Origin: Trueperaceae bacterium
GTDB lineage: Bacteria; Deinococcota; Deinococci; Deinococcales; Trueperaceae
DNA: 64,000 nucleotides
Assembly (NCBI GenBank): GCA_034521815.1
Contig: JAXHLW010000013.1
Location: forward strand, 1,851,110-1,915,109
Direction: 5' to 3'
The notes below the pieces were generated by a model. It was not told the DNA's origin. It ran no database searches and saw nothing but the letters and a program-made list of their open reading frames with translations. The position numbers were made by a program, and so were the translations under genes. Below, one piece after another: positions 52,845 through 64,000 of this stretch (positions are counted from its first letter, which is position 1; every line of letters starts with the position of its first letter).

Positions 52845-54254
52845 ATGCCGGAGCCGGTCATCGGACTCGAGATCCACCTCGCCCTGCAGACGCGCAGCAA
52901 GATGTTCTGCGGCTGCGACGCCCGCGGGTTCGGCGACGCTCCCAACAGCCACGTCTGCCCCGTCTGCATGGGCCTGCCCGGCAGCCTCCCCGTCGCCAAC
53001 GCCGAAGCGATCGAGCTGGGGCTCCGCTTCGCGCTGGCGCTGGGCTGCGAGGTGCCGGAGCGCACGCAGTTCCACCGCAAGCACTACTTCTACCCGGACG
53101 CGCCCAAGAACTACCAGATCAGTCAGTACGACCGTCCGATCGGCGAGCACGGCCGCCTCGAGATCCCCGGCGGCCGAACCATCGGCGTGACCCGCGTCCA
53201 CCTCGAGGAGGACGCCGGACGCCTGGTGCACCCGCTCTACGCCGGTCACAGCCTGCTGGACCTGAACCGCGCCGGCGCGCCGCTGATCGAGATGGTCACC
53301 GAGCCGGACCTGCGCACGCCGGACGAGGCGCGCGCCTTCCTGCAGGAGGTCCGCGCCCTGGCCCGCGCGCTGGACGTCAGCGAGGCCAGCCCCGAGGAGG
53401 GCAAGATGCGCGCCGACGTGAACGTGTCGCTGCGCCGGCCGGACGGATCGTTCGGAACCAAGGTCGAGGTCAAGAACCTGAACAGCTTCCGCGCCGTCGA
53501 GGCCGCCCTGGCGTTCGAGATCCGTCGCCAGGAGCGCGTTCTGGAGGACGGCTACGAGGTCGTGCAGGAGACCCGCGGCTGGAACGAAGGCGGCCAGAAG
53601 ACGGTCTCGCAACGCAGCAAGGAGGGCGCCGCCGACTACCGCTACATGCCCGACCCGGACCTGCCGGAGATTCGCGTCGACGCGGGCCGCCGCGACCGGA
53701 TCGTGGCCGGCATGCCGGAGCTCCCCGCCGCCAAGCGCGCGCGTTACCTGGCGCTGGGCCTCAAGGACGACGACGCCGCGCAGATCGCGTACGACGTGCG
53801 GACCTCGGCGACCTTCGACGCGACCTGCGCCGCCTGGGACGGCCCGCCGCAGACCGTCGCGAACTGGCTGCTGAGCGAGGTCGCGGGACGGCTCCGCGCC
53901 TCCGGTCGAACGCTGGACGACGCCGCGCTGCGACCCGCCCTGCTGGCGTCGCTGCTGACGCTGATCGCCGACGGCACGATCTCGAACACCGTCGCGAAGG
54001 AGCTTCTGCCCGAGGTGATCGACGGCGCCGACCCCGCGACGCTGGTCGAGCAGCGCGGCCTGGCCCGCGTCGCGGACGAAGGCGCCCTGAGCGAGATCGT
54101 CGACGCCGTCATGGAGGCCAACCCCAAGGTCGTCGCCTCGGCCAGGGAGCAGCCCAAGGCGATCAACGCCCTGCTGGGCCGGGTGATGAAGGAGAGCGGC
54201 GGGACGGCGGACCCGGCGGTGGTGCGCAAGCTGCTGGTCGAACGGCTAGGATGA
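52845..54254 (+). CDS. gatB: Asp/Glu-tRNA amidotransferase subunit B
   Basis: VIGLEIH, RKHYFYPDAPKNYQISQ, HLEEDAG and KEGAADYRYMPDPDL. Confidence 0.96.
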   Translation: MPEPVIGLEIHLALQTRSKMFCGCDARGFGDAPNSHVCPVCMGLPGSLPVANAEAIELGLRFALALGCEVPERTQFHRKHYFYPDAPKNYQISQYDRPIGEHGRLEIPGGRTIGVTRVHLEEDAGRLVHPLYAGHSLLDLNRAGAPLIEMVTEPDLRTPDEARAFLQEVRALARALDVSEASPEEGKMRADVNVSLRRPDGSFGTKVEVKNLNSFRAVEAALAFEIRRQERVLEDGYEVVQETRGWNEGGQKTVSQRSKEGAADYRYMPDPDLPEIRVDAGRRDRIVAGMPELPAAKRARYLALGLKDDDAAQIAYDVRTSATFDATCAAWDGPPQTVANWLLSEVAGRLRASGRTLDDAALRPALLASLLTLIADGTISNTVAKELLPEVIDGADPATLVEQRGLARVADEGALSEIVDAVMEANPKVVASAREQPKAINALLGRVMKESGGTADPAVVRKLLVERLG

Positions 54255-54258
54255 CCGC

Positions 54259-54837
54259 ATGAGATTCATCGAAACCGATCTGGCCGGGTCGTACGTCGTC
54301 GAGCCGGAGCCGTTCGAGGACGACCGGGGCAACTTCCAGCGCGTCTGGTGCGCGCGCGAGTTCAGCGAGGCGGGGATCGGGGGCCGTCCCGCCCAGGCGA
54401 ACCTGTCGCAGAACCACCGGGCGGGCACGCTCCGTGGCCTGCACCTCCAACTCCCGCCAGCGGCCGAGACCAAGCTGGTGCGCTGTACCCGCGGCGCCGT
54501 TTGGGACGTGATCGTGGACCTGCGACCGGACTCGCCGACCTTCCTGCGCCACGTCGGCGTCGAGTTGAGCGCCACGAATCGCCGGGCGCTCTGGGTGCCC
54601 GAGCTGTTCGCGCACGGCTACCTCACCCTGGCGGACGAGAGCGACACCCTCTACCAGGTCGGCAGCTTCTACGCGCCAGGCCAGGAGATCGGCCTTCGCT
54701 GGGACGACCCGGCACTGGCCATCGCCTGGCCACGAAAGGCGACGACGATCTCCCAGAAGGACGCGAGCTGGCCGGACCTCGACCCGGACGACCTCGCAGG
54801 GCGCGTCCGTGCGGCGGTCGAATCCCACCACGACTGA
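54259..54837 (+). CDS. rfbC: dTDP-4-dehydrorhamnose 3,5-epimerase
   Basis: DDRG, GTLRGLH, KLVRC..G...DVIVDLR.DSPTF, FAHGY and WDDP. Confidence 0.92.
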   Translation: MRFIETDLAGSYVVEPEPFEDDRGNFQRVWCAREFSEAGIGGRPAQANLSQNHRAGTLRGLHLQLPPAAETKLVRCTRGAVWDVIVDLRPDSPTFLRHVGVELSATNRRALWVPELFAHGYLTLADESDTLYQVGSFYAPGQEIGLRWDDPALAIAWPRKATTISQKDASWPDLDPDDLAGRVRAAVESHHD

Positions 54838-54852
54838 GGACCGTCGCTCAGC

Positions 54853-56455
54853 TCAGCGCGACCGTGACGGCCCGCGCCCATCGGACACTCTCACCGTCGC
54901 CATGCTGTTCCTGCGGCCGCGCGGCGAGACCTCGGCGCCGTAGCCGTAGAGATTGCGTGACGCGCTGTCGGTATCGCGATTCACGGCCACGCCCAACACC
55001 CGCACGCTGGCACGCGCCAGCAGCTCGACCGTGCGTGCCAGCATCCGGCGGTCGGTCTTCTGCCGGTCGACGACCAGCAGCGTGCCGGTGCAGTACGGCG
55101 CGATGTTGAGTGGATCGGCGACCGAGCCCACCGGCGGCGTGTCGATGACGATCGCGTCGTACCGCTCTCCCCAGGCGGCGAGCGCGCGCGGGAGGCTGCG
55201 TGCCAACAGCTCTGCCGCGGCCGGCGCCGGACTGAACTGCGGAATCAAGTCCAGCACGTGCTGCGTGTCGAGCTCCGTCCGACAGCGCCCCGCGTCCCCT
55301 CGGGATCGCGGAGCCATGCCTCCATCGATACCCCCTGGGCTCCCGACGACGAGATCGGGTAGTGCTCGGCGATCGACGGCGAACGCAGGTCGCCGTCCAC
55401 CAGAAGCGTGCGGTAGTCGTTCCGGACCAGCCCTTCCGCCAGGTGCATGGCGACCGTGGTCTTGCCCTCCAGCTCGCTGGCGCTGGTGACCATGAACACG
55501 CGCGGATGGTCGCTGACGGTAGCGGCCAGCAGGTTGGTGCGAAGGTAGTTCACCGCCTCCCGAAGCCGGGGATCGCCACGGTGCCGTACCTTGGGCAGCT
55601 GGGCGAGGATCGGCACCGCCGCCGTCTCCTCGACGTCCGCGACGCTTCGCAGCTTGGGCGAGAAGACGACGCGCTGCAACAGCAGTCCATAGGCGACGAC
55701 GATCGCCATCAGCGCGGCGACGATCGCGTTCAGCAGGGGTCGAGGCGCAACCTGGCGCGGGTGGTGCCGGCGGGCTGCAGCACGCTTAGCAGGCCCTCGG
55801 CCGAGGCGACCAGCGCCCGCGCGTAGGCGAGCTGCTGCTGCTGCTCGGCACGCAGGCGGATCAGTCCGTCGATCTGGGTCTGCGCAGCCTCCTCTTCGAG
55901 CGCCTGCAGCGAGCGGATCTGCTCGCCCAGGGCGGTGATCTGCTCGCTCAGCGCCGTGATCGCTCGGTCGAGACTCTCGCGGGCGCGGCGCGCGTCCCAC
56001 GCGGCCAGGGCATTCGCGACGGCGTTCGCTCGATCGGACGCGAGCTGCGGCGTGGAGCCTTCCGCCTCGACGATCAACAGCAGCGAGTCGCGGCCACCCG
56101 TCTCCGCCTCGATCGTCACTGCGCTTCGCAGAGAGCGGATGTCTCGGTCGGTCGGGGAGGCGACGTCCAACGTCGCGAGCGCCTCGAGCAGCACGCCGTC
56201 GCTCTCGCCGGCCGCCTGGTAGGCGTTGGCGTCGATCGGTGGCGCGGTCACGGAGGAGAGCCCTACCTGCGAAAGCGCGCCCGAGCTTCGTACCGCCAAG
56301 ATCGTCGCCTCGGCCCGGAATGCCGGATCGCCACGCAGGGACAGCTGGTACGTGCCCACCGCCGCCAACACCGCTGAGCACCGTAGCCAACACGGCGCCA
56401 CGTAGCAGGAAGCGTCCAAGGTCGCGGATCCCGATCGAAATGTCGTCGTTGCGTT
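54853..56455 (-). CDS. Polysaccharide chain-length determinant / BY-kinase (Wzc-like), multiply frameshifted
   Basis: Wzz-like N-terminal part with coiled coil, then EAVNYLRTNL, SASELEGKTT, LLVDGDLR and IVIDTPP across four frames. Confidence 0.82.
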
Positions 56456-56842
56456 GACTCACCCTATCGCGCTCCCTGTTCGCTGCGTCCAGAAGCCCAG
56501 CCCGTCCGACCGCGGCCCCGGCCGCGCGTTCCAGAAGCGTACCCCTGTGCTGGCGGCGGATTCCAGACGTGGCCACCGCGCTCGCCCCGCCGGCACGGCG
56601 GCCGACGTCGTCGGATCGTACGGTCCCGACCGTTCCAGGCGCGCCGACATACGTCACAGCATGCCGTACGCGTTCCTGTCTTGTGCGAGACGTCACGCGC
56701 GCGGGCCACTGAAACGCGCTACGATCGACGCGTCGACCCCCGTAGCAGGCGGCGGCCGGGCCCGCGACCGGCCGAACACGCCGATTCGACGAGCCGGACT
56801 GCGTCCGGATGACTCAAGACGCGGAATGAATGCGAGGCAACC

Positions 56843-58050
56843 ATGCAGACGAACCACCGACACCGTTCGCTCTCTGGGTGCTGGGAGCCGCGATGCTTCT
56901 GGTCCTGGCGGCCTGCGGGAACGCAAACGACGCCCACGACGACGTTCGACCTGTCCGTCACGGCGGTAGACGGCGACGTCGTCAGCGACCCCGCCGGGAT
57001 CGACACCGCCGCCGGCGACACCAGCTTCGCCTTCGACGAAGGCACCGAGGTCACCCTCACCGCCAGCGCCGACGCCGGCTTCGTGTTCGACGGCTGGAGC
57101 GGCGACTGCGACGCCACGACCGGCAACGAATGCACCGTCACCATGGACGCCGCCAAGAGCGTCACCGCAACGTTCGTGGTCGAGACCGACCCTACTACAC
57201 CCTCGACGTGAGCCGTCAGCGGTGAAGGCAACGGTCGCCAGCGGCCCGATCGGCATATCGACACCGCCGCCGGCGACACCAGCTTCGACTACGACGAAGG
57301 CACCGTGGTCACCCTCACCGCCACGCGCCGGCACCGACTCACGCGCTTCGACACCTGGACCGGCGACTGCGACTGCACCACCGCCAACGAGTGCACCGTC
57401 ACCATGGACGCGGCGAAGTCCGTGACGGCGGTGTTCGCAGCAGGTGAGCGGCAGCCTGTCCGTCGCCATCAGCACCGGCAGCCGACGACGCCGAGGAGCT
57501 CTTGAACGGATCCGGCAACGATTCGACCACGTTCCCTGCGGGCCACACGTACACGCACTCCAGCGACCTCGAGATGGCCTACGATCGACGGACACGCAGC
57601 CGGGGCATCAGCGCGATCGGCCTCCGCTTCCAGGGCGTCGACGTGCCGGCAGGCGCGACGATCACCTCCGCCACGATCAGCTTCACGGCCGATGGCGACT
57701 CGGCCGGCGCCGTGGACGCTCACGGTCTTCGGTCAAGCTCGACGCCAACCCCGCGACGTTCAACGACGACCCCGACGAGCAGGCGACGAGTGACATCAGT
57801 ACCCGCCGCAGACGACGGCCGAGGTGACGTGGGCAACCGACCGACTGGACGGGAACCGCGGCGATACCCGACCGACAACCTCAGCGCCATCGCTCAGGAG
57901 ATCGTCGACCTGGCCGGATGGGCGTCGGGCAACTCGATGGCCTTCATCGTCGAAGGTCCGGACGCACGGCGCCCTGCGACGGGCGCTTCGCTACGACGTA
58001 CGACAGCCAGCACGAGATCCCGGCACGTTCGCCGTGCTGGGCATCCACTG
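56843..58050 (+). CDS. Secreted lipoprotein with two InlB B-repeat-like modules and a C-terminal beta-sandwich domain (heavily frameshifted)
   Basis: Lipobox LAAC; GTEVTLTA...FDGWSGDC...CTVTMDAAKSVTA twice; SSDLEM...GLRFQGVDVPAGATITSA...QEIVD. Confidence 0.68.
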
Positions 58051-58779
58051 CGAGATCCCGCCAGGGGCGCCTCGCGTCGGCTCCATCGGCCTTGCGATCA
58101 CGATACACCGACGGCCTCGATGCCGTGGGCACGCTGGGACGTGGGCAGCTCCAGCGGCGGCGCGCAGCCCCATGGATACGACCGTGCCCTGGCTGGTCGC
58201 GCGAGACGGGGTCGCGGAGGTCAACTGATCATGCCGAGCGCAGGCGCACGCCGCCGCACGAGGCTCCGCGACGCGTACGCGGCGACGATACTACCATGAG
58301 ATCCGCCTCGAGCGCGGCCGCTGCCAGGAGGACGCGCAGCGGCGGACGCCGAGAGCCCAGGACATCCCCGCGGATCGAGCACACCTCGAACCGGCTGATG
58401 GCGCGGAGCACGGTCAAGCCGGCCGCCAGGAGGTACCCCACGGCGTCGTCGCGCGCCGCCGCGTCGATCCGCGAGCACTCGGTCGGCATCGACGACATCG
58501 GCGGTCACCTGACGACGAACGTCCACGCAGCCGCGGTCCGGTGGCAAGCCTCCACACGAACCGCGCCGACGGACGCCAATCGAGTCGGCACGACCGTTCG
58601 ACTCCGCGGTGCCGACGGTTCTGCGGCGCCCGCGGGCATGCCGCATCGGAGCTGAGCACAAGCGGCCCCGTGTCGCCGCCGGCGGTCGCGTCGTCGGCTC
58701 GGCTAGCGCGGCGTAGGCCGGCGGAGCGGACCGAGGTCGGCAAAGGAAGCCCGCTATCGGCGCTCCGGACCACGCTCGG

Positions 58780-60950
58780 TCACGACCCGGTCCCAGTCCT
58801 CCGGTCGGCGAAGCTCCGCCACGGAGGCGGCGCGTACCGCACGTACGGTGCCGCCGTGAGCGTGCCGCCCTGCGGGCCAGCCGCAGCACGATCCGAGTGG
58901 GATCGTTCGGGTCCCGGCGAGCCTCCTCGACACTCACGCGTTGTCGCCGTAGTTCTCCACGTCGCTCGCAGCGAGCCCGACGGCGGCCCGTCGAACACGG
59001 TGAAGTAGCCGGCGTAGTCGTCGACCGCGTCCGTGACGTCCATGTCGAGGTCGATCCACACCGTCGTGCCCTCATAGCGGACCGTCACAGAGGCGCGTGC
59101 CCGGTGCCGTCGACCGGCTCGCCCAGCACGTGCTCGCGGACGGCCAGGGCGATGCGCTCCGCCAACACCTCGTGCGCGAACGCGCTGATGTGGATCCGTC
59201 CGACAGCGGCAGATCGTTCGCCACCACCATGAAGAACCGGTCGCGCAGCCTCCGATATCGCGGGGAGCCGGTCTCGAGTCGCCGCTGCTTCTCGGCGATG
59301 TCGGTCTGTTCGAGGTTCGATCTGCTCGTCGTGAGTGGGCGGCGAGCTGGACGTACACGACGACGTCGAGCTCGTCGACGTACGCGTCCATGATGTCGTT
59401 CGTGTTGTCCAGGTAGGCCGAGCGCCTCGGACAGGATGTTCGCGTCGGACTCGCCCTGGTACCAGACGAGCGCGTTCACGGGCCCGCCCTCCGAGCCGGC
59501 GGGGCCAGCGACCACCGGGTATCCGCAGCTCCTCGGTACCGGAGCTGGACAGCGCAGCGGAGACCCTGGCCCGGAACACGGAGCTCCCGAACAGGCTACT
59601 GCGGGTCCTCCGCGGTCTCCCTCAGGCAGCCACTCGGAGGTGTTCGTCCCGCCATGAGCAGCCGGGATCAGGTAGGCGTAGGTGTCCGTGGCCTCCCAGA
59701 GGTGCCGACCCAGGACGGTCCCGAACGAGTACGCCGCGCGCCTCGTCCTCGCAGCTGCACTCGTCGACCTGGTCCGTCGCGTCGTCCAGCGGCTCTTCGG
59801 CGGTCTTCCACCAGAAGTCGTTGCCGAGCATGCGAGCCTGAGCGATCTGGCTCCGGTCCGTGATCGACCGGAAGGCCGCGTCCGCTGGCGTTCGACTGCC
59901 CCGCGACGAGCAGCACCAGGCTCCCGACGCGCACCTCGGGCTCGATCCCCGTGCCGGTGTCCACGACGAGATCGCCCGGCAGCCACCCGGGTCGGTCCGA
60001 TGGCGGGATCGCGAGCGCGAACGCGGCCGTTCTGGTCGGCGATGCCGTTCAGCAGCTCGGCATCCACCCCGGCCGGCAGCGAAAGATCGACATACGGGAA
60101 CGGCGCGTTCCCGCCGTTGCCGACCAGCAACGGCACGCCCTCCAGCATCTGCAGGAAGGTCACGTACGACGGTTTGACGACCGGAAAGGCCGGCAGGTCC
60201 GGGTTCACGGCCTTGTCCAAGCCCCGCAGCACGTCCGACATGCCCGTCAGCGTCGTCCCCGTCGAGGTCGCTGTGGTAGATCCCGTAGTCGTCGGTCGCG
60301 CCGCCCTGGACCACGCCCAGAACGGCCAGCGCGTCGACGCACGTCGACCGCACCGCTGCGGTCCATGTCGCCCAGGGGGTACGCCGCGAACGTCGCGTCG
60401 AGGGTAGGGAGGTGGTCGCCACCGTGAGCGGAGGGCTCGAGGACCGGCTCCGAGTCGGACAGCGAGCGCCACCGAAGTCGCATCCGCTCCCTCGACCGCG
60501 AGCAGGGTACACCGCCCCGCTGGACGACGGCTGTTCCGTCGGAGCGGTACGCCTCGACGACCTGCGTGGAGACCTTCGCCGACGTCTCTCCGGCGAAGCG
60601 GAGACGCAGCACCAGCGTCGCCGTCGGCTTCGACCGTGGACACCCAGGCGATCCGGACCAGGCCCGGCGTCACCACGTGCGCCCGAACGATCACCTCGGC
60701 GCCCAACGGCGCGGCATCGACGAACGAGGCGTCCGTCGCGTCGAAGCGCACGTCCACACGCGCGGCCGCGACCGGCGCGTCGGCTCGAGGCGTGTAGACG
60801 GTCGCGGGCACGGGCGGGGGCTCCAGCCACCCGCAGGCGGGGAGGCCGAGCACGAGCGCCGCCGCGGCCAGGCCGAGGCGCCACGCACCGCGGGCTACGC
60901 CGCCGCGGGCGACGCCGCCGCGACTGTCACCGTCGTCGTGCGACGGATCC
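58780..60950 (-). CDS. Secreted sialate O-acetylesterase (SASA/SGNH) domain protein with dockerin-like segment (heavily frameshifted; ends approximate)
   Basis: Lipobox-like LPAC, GDMDRSGAVD, AGQSNASGRG, PAAHGGT..SEW, WYQGESDA and D..H...LAERIA. Confidence 0.72.
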
Positions 60951-61007
60951 ACGGATCGAGCTTCTCGCACGGTCTGCACCTGGCAGCTACCTCCCAGGTC
61001 CAGCGCG

Positions 61008-62340
61008 CTAGCCCTTGCCCTCGCTCGATCGAAGGCTCGGGCTGGTTTCACGGGCTGCGGCCGGCGAGTTCTGACCGTACCTCGCGTCCGTGCCCGCGTC
61101 CGTGACGCGGCCGGCGTCCTCCTTCTCGTCGGCCTCGTCGTCGAGCGCCGCCTCGAAGGCGTCGAACCAGGCGACTCGCTGAAGCATGGCGCGGACGTAG
61201 CGATCGTTGGGGTCGTCGCAGCGCGTGAGCGGCACCCCGACGCATCTCTACAGGATAGAACAGATGCCGCGCCACCGGGTCGCCGTCGAGCCAGGGTGCC
61301 AGCATCGTCCGCTCGCGCCGGCATCGGCGGCGCGAAGCGCGGCGAGCAGCATCTCGCGCATCTCGTGGAAGCGGGTGCGGCAGGGGCGCGCGGCTCGAAG
61401 ACCCGGACGCAGTGCGCCATCGCAAGGTAGTACAGGTCGTGCAAGGGGCTGCGGCGGCCGACGTGAGCCCAGTCGATCGCGTGCGCACCGTGCGTCTCCG
61501 ACCACGATGTTGCCCGAGAAGTCGTCGCCGCGGCGACAGCGTCAGCGGGACCGATCCGCCCGGCCGCCTCGACGATCGTGGCGCTGGCCTCGAACGCGGA
61601 GGCGGATCCGGTCGAACGCCTCTGCGGGCAGGCGCCGGGCCAGACCGTCGGGCGCCAGGATGGCGTGGCGAAGCGCTCCGACGTACTCGGCGAGGGGCGA
61701 GCGCTGCGGCGTCTCCGCTCGCTCCTCGATGTCGACGAGCAGACCGAGGCAGCGCTGCTCTCGAACCCCTCGAAGCAGCCCCGGAAGCCACGGGGCGGCG
61801 TCCCGTGGAAGGTAGGTCTCGGCGAAGTAGCCCCGCTCGGGCTCGACGTCGTGCAACGCGGGCGCGCGAAGGGAGTACCGCTCGACGCTACGCGAGTACC
61901 CGATCCGCTCGCGCAGCTTGCGAGCGTCTGCCGGATCCGACATCAGCGTGTAGACCCGCTCGCGCTCGAGGTCGAGAACCTTGAACGCTCCGGACTTCCG
62001 CTCGATCGCCAAGTCGCCCTGTACGGAAGGTCGAGCACGCCACCTCGGCGGAGTCCGAGCCGCGCCGCCAGGTAACGGACCAGCATGGGCGCGACGCGCC
62101 GAAGGTCGAACACCGCCTCCGGCACGCTGCGGCGGACCCCGGTCCGGCTGAATCGCTCTGCTTCCCTTCGTCGCCGAGGAAGCGGTGCTCGTCGCCGCCA
62201 GGCACGCCTCCGAAGCGCCACGAGCGGCACGTCGGCACGCAGCGCGAACGCGCCGCCGAGCGAGAGGTACCGATACCCGTTCTTCGCGTCGCCGCCGGAG
62301 ATGCGCGGCTCCGCCGCGCCGGGAGAGGGCCGCGAGGTCA
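61008..62340 (-). CDS. Aminoglycoside-phosphotransferase-like / small-molecule kinase (frameshifted; ends approximate)
   Basis: Brenner-like GDFS-GNIV, IDW and LHDLYYL motifs on the minus strand near 61420-61540. Confidence 0.5.
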
Positions 62341-62599
62341 TCGCGCCAAGATACCGGATCGCACGACGTTCCGCAGCCGGCATGGCGGCTGGCGGCGACG
62401 TGCGCCAGAACGCTTCGCGCTTCGGCACCCAGAGGCTAGAGTCGGTGAAACGCGCTCCGTGCCGTCTTCTGCGTCGCTCTTCCCAGCGCCCGACCTCGGA
62501 GGTTCGATGACCGCACCCCTGCTCTCGTCCGGGTCCCCATCGCCGGCATGCCTCGCGGGCTTCGGCGGCTGGCCTCGCCCTGGCGCTGACGCCTCGCGC

Positions 62600-63500
62600 T
62601 CCTGACCGGTCGTGCCGCGAGCCAAGGGGGGCCGACCGTACGGCGAGGTTCAGGTGTACGACCCCGCTCGGGGGGCCAGGCGGTCGCGCCGCTGGCCGAC
62701 GAGGCCACGATCGACCTCTCCGACTTCGCGACGCGGCGCGTGGGCGTCCTGGCCCGCGCCAGCGCGACGACCTCGCGCGTCGTGTTCGTGATCGACGGAC
62801 GCACGGTGGCGGTTTCAGCGGAGCTACCGTTTCTGACGACGTTCGACGTGGCCGACGACGGCCGCCGGGCTCTCCCGAGCGGGCGGCCTCGGCCGCGACC
62901 GTCGAGGTCGGCATCGGCATGGTCAAGACGACGTCGAGGAGTTCGTGCGGGCCTTGTCGGACGACCCGTCGTCGTTTCCGGCGGCTTCACCGACACGCGA
63001 AGCAGCGACCTGGAGCTGGGTCACGATCCTGATCACGCGCCCCAGCGAATCGCGCTGCGCTTCGCTGGCGTCCAGGTTCCGCAGGGCGCCGTCGTGACCG
63101 CGGCGGCGGAGGTGGTGTTCACCGCGGACGGCGACACCTCGGGCCCTCTGAGCGTCGCCCATGTCGCGGGCGAGGCGTTGCCGATGCCGCTCCCTTCGCC
63201 CAGGACGACACCGGCGTCGGCAGCGCGGGCATCACAGCGCGCCCGGCCACCGCGGCGGAGCGCAGTTGGGCCGTCGGGGCCGATGATCGTGGAGCGACGG
63301 CGAGACGTACGTCACGCCCGACCTGTCCGCGATCGTGCAAGAGATCGCTGATCAGGCAACGTGGCGCCCCGGTGCGGCGCTAACGCTGCTGGTCTCGGCC
63401 GACGCCGAAGGCGTGCGCAGAGCCGTGGCGTTCGACGCGGCGCCGAGCCGCGCGCCGCGCTCGAGGCCCCGTACTGCATGGACCGATCGAAGGCGGCGCT
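62600..63500 (+). CDS. Secreted protein fragment carrying the same SSDLE...LRF.GV.VP.GA domain (heavily frameshifted; ends uncertain)
   Basis: SSDLELGHD...IALRFAGVQVPQGAVVTAA...FTADG, then PDLSAIVQEIADQATW.PG. Confidence 0.55.
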
Positions 63501-64000
63501 GCCGCCGTCGACCTCCCCGACAATCACGCCGTACGGCGAGGCCGGCGGCTCGGCCGGCGAGCCGGTGAGGCCGGCGCTTCGACGTGGTCGAGCGCCAGCC
63601 CGCGGCGCCGGCGCCCGCGATCCCGGCACCCGAGGCGGTCCACCCGATTCGGTCCGACCCGAGCTCGGCAGGCGCCGCTACGAAGGCGCCGCCGGCACCG
63701 ATCGGCGCCCAGCGCCGTGCGCTTCCCTGCTCCGCGCGACCGTGGACGATCGCATCGTAGGGTCGATCTGGCCGTCGGTGTATCCACGGATCCCGCCGGT
63801 GATCACGGTCCAGGCCGATTACCGTCCAACGTGCCGGTCGCCGTGGTCGTGCGGTCCCAGGGCTGCCGGTCCACGGGTCAGGTCGTGACGCGGCTGACGA
63901 CGCTCAGTCAATCGCCCGGGCTGATCGCGGGCACCATCGACATCGCGGGCGGCACGCTCCTCGCCGGCGATTTCGGCATCCATGTGGTCGACGCGGCCAG

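Noticed and set aside
58050..58760. Possible additional minus-strand membrane protein gene
   Set aside because: Too error-ridden; no recognisable motif could be reconstructed.

Overview
Very GC-rich bacterial chromosomal segment. Gene content, the Thermus/Deinococcus-type SdhCDAB, FtsK and YidC proteins, and pervasive -10-only (TANNNT) promoters point to Deinococcota, probably Truepera-like; this is inference, as no rRNA is present. About 1-54 kb is mostly housekeeping: rrf2-C26 hydrolase-tyrA, mreD-mrdA-minC, ftsK, a GGDEF cyclase, hemW, large NAD-GDH, lspA, rpmH-rnpA-yidD-yidC-jag-prmC, gatA, sdhCDAB, Fe3+ ABC components, folE, dps and gatB. Several uncharacterised secreted proteins are interspersed. 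From about 54.3 kb an accessory surface-polysaccharide/secreted-protein region begins (rfbC, Wzc-like kinase, B-repeat lipoprotein, SASA esterase, APH-like kinase). Single-base frameshifts occur even in essential genes and become very dense after about 55 kb, so most broken ORFs are probably long-read consensus errors. No CRISPR array, tRNA/rRNA or recognisable mobile element was seen. Best candidates for new biology: a TetR-controlled tandem two-site blue-copper protein with a perfect operator on its -35; a cytochrome P460-family protein; an IscR-box-like inverted repeat upstream of the Fe3+ binding protein; a membrane-tethered loosenin/expansin-like DPBB protein; a catalytically degenerate M23 protein; and an orphan two-gene secreted module.
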